The position numbers were made by a program, and so were the translations under genes. 32,000 nt of DNA from Haloferax volcanii DS2 (GTDB taxonomy: Archaea > Halobacteriota > Halobacteria > Halobacteriales > Haloferacaceae): NCBI RefSeq assembly GCF_000025685.1, contig NC_013967.1:180001-212000 (forward strand). Direction: 5' to 3'. The notes beneath the pieces are model-generated. The model saw only the letters and a list, made by a program, of their open reading frames with translations, was not told the origin of the DNA and did no database searches. Numbering within the stretch: the stretch's first letter is position 1; every line of letters starts with the position of its first letter. Shown here piece by piece: positions 26,630-32,000 of this stretch.

Positions 26630-27373
26630 TCAGCGACGGACGTACTCGCTGACCGAGCCGAGGACGCCGTCGGTGGCAGCCACGGCGTCGATTTCGATGT
26701 CGAGAAGCACCTCCGCGACCGCGGCGACGCCCGCCGCGAGCTCGGCGTCTTCGCGGCACGCCGGCGCGTCGGCGAGGCCGGTCGCCTCGGTCTCGGGCAC
26801 GACCACGTCCGCGTCGTCGAGCGCGCCGAACGTGGAGACGACGGCGTCGATATCGGTGTCGATGTCGGCGGCCCGCGCACTGAGCCGACCGACCGCGTCG
26901 GCACCGCGGTCCGTGGCGGGCGCGACGAGCGCGACCCGGTCGCAGGCCGCGGCGGCGGCGACCGTCTGGTTCGACGCGAGGAGCGGCGCGTCGACGAGGA
27001 CGTGGTCGAAGCCGTCTGCGGCCTCGGCGATACGACCTTCGAACGCCCGCGCGGCGTCGGGCGTCATCGCCCGCGCGAGCCGCTCGAAGGGGGCCGCGGC
27101 CGGGCAGACGGCGACGCGTCCCTCGGCGTCGGTCTCGAACGCGACCAGCCCCGACTCCAGCGGCACGTCGGCGGCGTCGGTGACAAGCGCCGTCGCGTCG
27201 GGGTCGAGCGTCCCCGAAACGTAGTCTGAGAGGCCCTGCGTGGCGAACGCCGCGTCGAGGACGGCCACGTCGCGGCCGTCGGTCGCGAGCGCTGCGGCGA
27301 GTTCGAGCGACAGTCGGGTCGTGCCCGCGCCGCCGGTGGCCCCGACGAGCGCGATGGTGGTGGGAATGGACAT
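26630..27373 (-). CDS. ParA/MinD-fold protein with a degenerate P-loop (both Walker-A lysines replaced), 247 aa
   Basis: MSIPTTIALVGATGGAGTTRLSLELAAAL aligns residue for residue with the neighbouring MinD, ILAVVSGKGGVGKSTLSFELAAEL. KGG is replaced by TGG and GKS by GTT. A Walker-B-like HVLVDAP is retained. Its own TATA (minus strand TATTAAT, 27397-27403) lies 27 bp upstream. Confidence 0.65.
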   Translation of the reverse strand: MSIPTTIALVGATGGAGTTRLSLELAAALATDGRDVAVLDAAFATQGLSDYVSGTLDPDATALVTDAADVPLESGLVAFETDAEGRVAVCPAAAPFERLARAMTPDAARAFEGRIAEAADGFDHVLVDAPLLASNQTVAAAAACDRVALVAPATDRGADAVGRLSARAADIDTDIDAVVSTFGALDDADVVVPETEATGLADAPACREDAELAAGVAAVAEVLLDIEIDAVAATDGVLGSVSEYVRR

Positions 27374-27441
27374 ACCGCGAGTGGTCGGGTGCTCAGATTA
27401 ATAGCTTCGGTCGCCCGCCGCCGGCGTCGCCGGACGCGCGA

Positions 27442-28269
27442 CTACGCCGTCCACTCGCCGTCACCCGATTCCGGGTCCGCTCCCGGCGCGGCGTCCGCGC
27501 AGGCCCGGTAGAAACAGACCTTGTACGTTCGGCCGACGAGCGTCGTGACCGTCGAACCGACGGCCACGACGGCGATATCGACCGTCGACATCGGCGCTTG
27601 GAACGCCGTCACCGCGCCGGCGACGGTGGTCGCCCCGTCGAGGGTGACGAACCAGAGCACCGGCAGGTCGACGACCGAGGTCACTGCGGTCGCGACGACC
27701 GCGTAGCCGACGACGGCCCGGAGGTTGCTGAGGACGAAGTCGACGCTTCTACTGAGCGACCCGCCGGCGGTCTGTCCGTCGAGGACGACGGCGGTATCGA
27801 AGAAGATGAAGACGTAGACGACGGCCATCAGGACCACGAGCGCCACCCCGGACGCGGCGAGTTCGGCGGGCGTGAGGCTCGCGGAGCCGTTCAGCACCGC
27901 GTTGAGTCGGTCGAACCCGACGTAGCCGAGGACGCTGCCGCCGACGACCATCGCGACGACGAACACGACCAATCCGGCGAGGAGCGTCGCGCCGAGCAGG
28001 CTGACGTAGTAACGCTGTGCCGCGGTGGACGCGCGCAGGTCGGTGTCGGAGCCGGGGCGCGCGCCGTCGGCGACGGTGTAGAACGCGCCGGTGAGCGCCG
28101 GCACGGCGAGGAGTTGGAGGAGCGAGCCGACGGCCCCGGCCGGACCGGAGGCGTTGTTCAACGCGCCGACGAGCCCGAACGCGAGGGCGAACGCGACGAG
28201 CACCGGCGTCTCGGTGACGATTCGGAGGGCCGTTCGAAACGATTGGAGGACTGCCACGACAGTCGGCAC
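27442..28269 (-). CDS. Polytopic membrane protein of unknown function, 275 aa
   Basis: A GTG start at 28267-28269. There are at least 6 hydrophobic segments (e.g. VLVAFALAFGLVGAL, LLAGLVVFVVAMVVGGSVLGYV, VALVVLMAVVYVFIFF). An AT-rich TATA-like region lies at 28281-28295. It ends 68 bp upstream of the degenerate ParA-like gene on the same strand. Confidence 0.65.
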   Translation of the reverse strand: MPTVVAVLQSFRTALRIVTETPVLVAFALAFGLVGALNNASGPAGAVGSLLQLLAVPALTGAFYTVADGARPGSDTDLRASTAAQRYYVSLLGATLLAGLVVFVVAMVVGGSVLGYVGFDRLNAVLNGSASLTPAELAASGVALVVLMAVVYVFIFFDTAVVLDGQTAGGSLSRSVDFVLSNLRAVVGYAVVATAVTSVVDLPVLWFVTLDGATTVAGAVTAFQAPMSTVDIAVVAVGSTVTTLVGRTYKVCFYRACADAAPGADPESGDGEWTA

Positions 28270-28345
28270 TCGCGTCTCCCTTATATGTTTTTACATCGAC
28301 ACGTTCGGCGGGAGATGTAGCGCCGGCTGGAGCGACAGCGTGCCC

Positions 28346-28762
28346 TCAGCCCGAGATGGCCGCCTCGATGTCGGCCAGTTCCTCGTCGGAGAGGTCGGGG
28401 CGCTCGCCCGCGACGGCGTGGATGGGACTGCCGCCGTCGCCCTCGAACCGCGGGACGATGTGGACGTGGACGTGGTCGACCTCCTGGCCGGCGGCGGGGC
28501 CGTTGTTGATGCCGACGTTCGTCGCGTCGGCGTCGACCGCCGCCTCGACGCGCGGCACGAGGTCGTTCACGGCGGCGAACAGGTCGGCCGCGGCGTCCGC
28601 CGGCACCTCGTCGAGGCGGGCGTGGTGCTCTTTCGGGACGACGAGCGTGTGACCGGGCGCGAGCGGGTTGGCGTCGAGGAACGCAAGCGATTGGTCGGTC
28701 TCGTGGACGATTCGGCCGGGGATGTCGCCGTCGACGATAGCGCAGAAGATGCAGTCGGACAT
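28346..28762 (-). CDS. HIT (histidine triad) family nucleotide hydrolase/transferase, 138 aa
   Basis: ATG at 28760-28762. The N-terminus is MSDCIFCAIVDG, followed by PLAPGHTLVVPKEH and the histidine triad VDHVHVHIVPR. The in-frame 79-codon upstream extension (TTG at 28999) is not HIT-like. Confidence 0.85.
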   Translation of the reverse strand: MSDCIFCAIVDGDIPGRIVHETDQSLAFLDANPLAPGHTLVVPKEHHARLDEVPADAAADLFAAVNDLVPRVEAAVDADATNVGINNGPAAGQEVDHVHVHIVPRFEGDGGSPIHAVAGERPDLSDEELADIEAAISG

Positions 28763-28901
28763 ACGTCGGATGTCGATTGACGAGGAAAAGAAAGTTCGGA
28801 CCGGTCCGTGCGTGCCGTCTCGTCTGTCTCGCTGTCGGCACAGGTGGAGCGTGTCCACCGAACCTCCTCGGCCGATTGTGGAGGGTCTCGTCTGTGAGAG
28901 A

Positions 28902-29040
28902 CGCAACTGCGCCAATTGCACGCAATCGCAACTGCAATCGACCCTCGATTGCGCAACCTCCCGCTGTTCCCTCGGCGAACTAGTTGATATTGCGCGCAAT
29001 CCATCTCAGATTGCGTAATACATCTATTGAATTGCGCAAT
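28902..29040. repeat. Array of five ATTGC-N0-2-GCAAT palindromes plus GCAAC/GCAAT half-sites in the UDG/HIT intergenic region
   Basis: The five sites are ATTGCacGCAAT 28915-28926, ATTGCGCAAc 28948-28957, ATTGCgcGCAAT 28989-29000 (perfect 12-mer), ATTGCGtAAT 29010-29019 and ATTGCGCAAT 29031-29040 (perfect 10-mer). CGCAAC recurs at 28902, 28927 and 28952, a 25-bp period. Confidence 0.8.
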
Positions 29041-29050
29041 AATCGGTGGG

Positions 29051-29686
29051 TTATCGCTCGGGAAGCAACGCCTCCAAGTCGGCCAGATACTCCTCTAACT
29101 CGTAGCCGAGACGCGACAGCCACACGTCGCGGTACGAGGGGTGTAAAAGCGGGACCACGGTGTAGCCGAACCGCTCGCTCTCGACGGGGTCGAGGACGGT
29201 ATCGAGGAAGCCGTCCAGCGAGGCGTCGTCGAGCGCGAGGACGCTTTCGGTCGCGTGGCGGCCGGTCGGGACCACCACGTCGGGGTCGACGGCTTCGAGT
29301 TCGGAAACGAGGTGGTCGCGGCAGTTCGCCTTTTCGGCGGCCGTGGGCGCGCGGTTCGACCCTTCGCCGTCCGAAGGGAAGCACTTGACGGCGTTCGTGT
29401 AGAAGACGCCCGATTCGTAGCCGACGGCGGCCATCGTCTCGCGGATGCGGCGGCCCGAGTGCCGGGCCGTGTAGGACATCCCGGTCCAGTTGCCGCCCCG
29501 CCAGCGCTCGGCGTCGGGGTTGCCCGCGCCCGGCGCTTCCCCGACGACCATCACGGTCGCGTCGTCGGGGCCGACGCCCCACGAGATGCGGTTGCGGCAG
29601 TCGACGAGCGCCGGACAGCGCGCGCAGTCGGGTTCGAGGACGAGCGTCTCGTCGGCGTCGGGGAACCGCGGGTCGGCGTCGACCAT
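29051..29686 (-). CDS. Uracil-DNA glycosylase, family 4-type (Fe-S), 211 aa
   Basis: The protein has EPDCARCPALVDC (N-terminal Cys cluster), VVGEAPG (GE[AG]PG motif A), YTNAVKCFP and LLHPSY (motif B). The ATG at 29684-29686 directly abuts the stop of the upstream small ORF. Confidence 0.85.
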   Translation of the reverse strand: MVDADPRFPDADETLVLEPDCARCPALVDCRNRISWGVGPDDATVMVVGEAPGAGNPDAERWRGGNWTGMSYTARHSGRRIRETMAAVGYESGVFYTNAVKCFPSDGEGSNRAPTAAEKANCRDHLVSELEAVDPDVVVPTGRHATESVLALDDASLDGFLDTVLDPVESERFGYTVVPLLHPSYRDVWLSRLGYELEEYLADLEALLPER

Positions 29687-29917
29687 CTACTCCGTCAGCG
29701 GGAGCACGATGCCGAAGATAATCGGCGAGAACAGCACCAGCGCGATGCCGAGCCACTCGGCGTCGAAAAACAGCGTTCGCTCCCAGCCGGGGATGGCACC
29801 GCCGCTCACGGCGAGGGCGACTTTCGCGCCGATAGCGCCGAACAGGAACAGCGCGAGCCCCAGTCCGAGGCCGGTCTTGGTCATCCGCGGGTAGTCGATG
29901 TCTCCGTAGCGTCCCAT
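29687..29917 (-). CDS. Small two-TM membrane protein, 76 aa (or 65 aa from the ATG at 29884)
   Basis: MGRYGDIDYPRMTKTGLGLGLALFLFGAIGAKVALAVSGG...WLGIALVLFSPIIFGIVLPLTE. The track start 29944 is TTG, and the first ATG is at 29915-29917. The TAG stop at 29687-29689 is immediately adjacent to the UDG start. Confidence 0.5.
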   Translation of the reverse strand: MGRYGDIDYPRMTKTGLGLGLALFLFGAIGAKVALAVSGGAIPGWERTLFFDAEWLGIALVLFSPIIFGIVLPLTE

Positions 29918-29971
29918 ACTATCCCGAGATGCGGGGACTGGCAAAACCGTTTCGAGAGAGTGTGTGATACG

Positions 29972-30823
29972 TTATCGTTCGATTTCGCCGGCGAGAACGG
30001 GCGCGACGGACACCTCGCTCACGTCGCGTTCGATGGTGTCGGTACCGACGACGCGCTCGATACCGGCGCGCGCGAGTTTCGTGCGGGCGTTGCGGGCGAG
30101 AAGCGGGTGGACGGTCGCACAGAAGACGCGCTTCGCGCCGCCGTCGGCGAGGACGCCGACCGCCTCGCTCATGGTCGACCCGGTGGCGATGATGTCGTCG
30201 GTGATGACCACGTCGCGGCCCTCGAAGTCGGCGTCGCTCGGCGTGATGTCCACGTCGGTCCCGGAGTGGCGCACCTTCTCGAAGTAGTCGGTCTCGCCCT
30301 CGCCGTAGGCGTCGCGGACGGTCTCCGCGATGTCGATGGCTCCCGAGTCGGGCGACAGAAACAGCGGGGCGTCGAGTTCGGGGAGCGGCTCCGCGAGTCG
30401 CCCGGCGGCGTCGACGATGTCGACGGGCACGTCGAAGAAGTCGGCGACGGCGTCCTCGTGGGGGTTGACGAGCACGACGCGGTCGGTCGTCGTGCTGACG
30501 GCGCGGGCGACCGCGCGGGCCGAAATCGGGTGGCCGGCCTCGAACGCCTTGTCCTGTCGGGCGTAGCCCATGTACGGGATGACCGTCGTGACCGCCGATG
30601 CGCCGGCCTCGCGGACGGCGTCTTGCAGTTGGAGCAGTTCGACGTAGGCGTCGTTGCTGGCGGTGCTGGCGACGATGGTGGCGGCGTCGGCGTCGAAACC
30701 GGGGACCGCGGCCAGCGTCTCGCCGTCGGGGAAGCGGTCGTACTCGACGGCCGCGAGCGACTCGCCGAGTTCGTCGGCGAGCGCGGCCGCGAGTGCCTGC
30801 GAGGATGCGCCGGGTACGAGCAT
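29972..30823 (-). CDS. prs: Ribose-phosphate pyrophosphokinase (PRPP synthetase), 283 aa
   Basis: The protein has FPDGE, IPYMGYARQDK and the PRPP-binding loop VVITDDIIATGSTM. ATG at 30821-30823. Confidence 0.9.
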   Translation of the reverse strand: MLVPGASSQALAAALADELGESLAAVEYDRFPDGETLAAVPGFDADAATIVASTASNDAYVELLQLQDAVREAGASAVTTVIPYMGYARQDKAFEAGHPISARAVARAVSTTTDRVVLVNPHEDAVADFFDVPVDIVDAAGRLAEPLPELDAPLFLSPDSGAIDIAETVRDAYGEGETDYFEKVRHSGTDVDITPSDADFEGRDVVITDDIIATGSTMSEAVGVLADGGAKRVFCATVHPLLARNARTKLARAGIERVVGTDTIERDVSEVSVAPVLAGEIER

Positions 30824-30883
30824 ACCCGTTCGTCTCTCGTGGGGGGTAAAACCGCTTTTCGTTGCGTTCAGCCGCGTCGCGTG

Positions 30884-31711
30884 TCAGCGAACCGCGACGC
30901 CGACCGTCTCTAACCCGAGCACCTGCGTCCGCCAGTCGCCCCCGGTCAGCCGAACGCAGAAGCTCCCCGCGTCGGTGACGGCGTAGGCGGCCCGCGCGTC
31001 GTGGGCGAGCGCGACGACCGACTCGTCCAGCGGAATCGGCGCGGCCTCCCACGCGCCCGACTCCTCGTCGCGCGCGACGACGCCGTCCGGGCCGACCGCG
31101 TGGGCGCGGCCGTCCGGCATCGACGCGACCGCCGAAAACGCCCCGTCGAGCGCGTCCATCCAGCCGTTGCCGAGCGCGTACAGTCCCGAGTCGGTCGCGG
31201 CGAGCGGGGTTCCCGAGTCGCCGCCGAGGCGGCCCGCGGGGTCGGACACGTCGGTCACGTCGTTCAAGCCGACGTGCGAGAGGCCGCCGTCACCGATTCG
31301 GTAGACGCCGTCGTCGGCCGCGACGAGGCTCCCGTCGAGGGCGCGGACCGCCCCGACCGCGCCGAGGTCGGTCCACCCGGACTCGTCGAAGCGGGCGACC
31401 CGACCCGAGTCGTCGGCGGCGACGACGCGATTGCGGTGGAAGCCGACGGCCGCCGCGGGGCCGAAGTCGAGTTCGTGGTAGTCGTCGCCCTGCACGAGCA
31501 GCACGTCCTCGTCGGTGGCGACGACGACTTCTCCGGGCGACCCGGCGGCGTCCAGCGCGGTACACCGGCGGTCGATGCGGAAGCCCCCGACGAGGTCGTC
31601 GGAGACGTCGACGGTCACGACCCCGACGCCGGCGGCGACGTACGCCGTCTGCTTGCCGGACTTGTCCGCGTACACCCGCTTTTCGTCGATAGAGAGGTCG
31701 AAATCAGCCAT
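30884..31711 (-). CDS. Conserved hypothetical protein with beta-propeller-like internal repeats, 275 aa
   Basis: ATG at 31709-31711. There are recurrent ~40-aa units with hydrophobic-strand plus D-x-G patterns (VVVATDEDVLLV, VVAADDSGRVARF, LVAADDGVYRI, LAATDSGLYAL, AHAVGPDGVVA, AYAVTDAGSFCV). Confidence 0.6.
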   Translation of the reverse strand: MADFDLSIDEKRVYADKSGKQTAYVAAGVGVVTVDVSDDLVGGFRIDRRCTALDAAGSPGEVVVATDEDVLLVQGDDYHELDFGPAAAVGFHRNRVVAADDSGRVARFDESGWTDLGAVGAVRALDGSLVAADDGVYRIGDGGLSHVGLNDVTDVSDPAGRLGGDSGTPLAATDSGLYALGNGWMDALDGAFSAVASMPDGRAHAVGPDGVVARDEESGAWEAAPIPLDESVVALAHDARAAYAVTDAGSFCVRLTGGDWRTQVLGLETVGVAVR

Positions 31712-31807
31712 CCGTTGGCCCGAGGTTCACGGCGGGGTTCGGAAAGGATTGTGGTCGTTCCCGCGGCGCGGCGACGGGCCGAACGGGCGCGCGAGTGAGC
31801 CGTGTGC

Positions 31808-32000
31808 TTACAGAAACTCCCGCACGTCGGAGTACCACATGTCGTGGTGGTCGAGTTCGTCGAGGGCCTCGGCCACGTCGACCGCGAGGACGTGCCAACA
31901 GCGCTCGCCCTCGTCGGGGTCGAGGTTGTACTGGGAGTCCTTGCAGGTACAGCCCCGGTCTTCGACCACGTACTCGTCGTCGTAGCCGACGACCACGTCG
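31808..32000 (-). CDS. SWIM zinc-finger protein, probably truncated at the window edge (N-terminus outside the window)
   Basis: CTCKDSQYNLDPDEGERCWH matches the SWIM CxCx(n)CxH signature. The frame stays open to position 32000, and the track start at 31996 is only a GTG. Confidence 0.55.
   Translation of the reverse strand, partial: DVVVGYDDEYVVEDRGCTCKDSQYNLDPDEGERCWHVLAVDVAEALDELDHHDMWYSDVREFL

Noticed and set aside
28567-29018. Small ORFs across the palindrome array (28777..28983 +, 28668..29018 +, 28567..29004 -) and the 79-codon in-frame upstream extension of the HIT ORF (to 28999).
   Set aside because: They have no coding-like composition, are Cys/Arg/Ser-rich, and overlap each other. 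They are better explained as chance ORFs over a repeat-rich non-coding region. HIT proteins start at the MSDCIFC motif.

Overview
This is a GC-rich, gene-dense stretch of a haloarchaeal (class Halobacteria) chromosome. The proteins are strongly acidic, and many genes carry a TATA-like box about 27-31 bp upstream of the start codon, which suggests leaderless mRNAs. Every long alternative-frame or antisense ORF is Arg/Pro/Ala-rich, as expected for high-GC shadow ORFs.

I support about 37 CDS, with starts re-assigned from the ORF track where an internal ATG fits the conserved N-terminus. They fall into these groups:
- Replication and information processing: RFC small subunit, MCM helicase (702 aa), AlaRS, a TFB paralogue, a family-4 UDG and PRPP synthetase.
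- The ubiquitin-like modifier SAMP2 (66 aa, C-terminal GG).
- A BioY-EcfA-EcfT biotin ECF transporter.
- A redox cluster: 7Fe-type ferredoxin, VOC/glyoxalase, ferritin-like protein, LDH-like dehydrogenase, and a NarI-like/HdrD-like membrane Fe-S fusion.
- A GAF-GAF-PAS histidine kinase, TspO, an acyl-CoA dehydrogenase and several conserved hypotheticals.

From memory only, not checkable here, the SAMP2 sequence and the samp2-rfcA ... mcm ... minD order resemble Haloferax volcanii DS2 around HVO_0202 to HVO_0225.

I found no tRNA or rRNA genes, CRISPR arrays, transposases, integrases or recognisable defence genes. This looks like core chromosome, not an accessory island.

The observations most worth a second look are:
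1. An uncharacterised four-gene module ending in a MinD/ParA ATPase, arranged as two translationally coupled pairs.
2. A second MinD/ParA-fold protein about 2 kb away that has lost both Walker-A lysines, paired with a polytopic membrane protein.
3. A helically phased array of ATTGC-N0-2-GCAAT palindromes in the UDG/HIT intergenic region.
4. A rare-codon, AT-rich patch exactly over the MCM P-loop.
5. A near-consensus BirA-type operator straddling the bioY TATA box.
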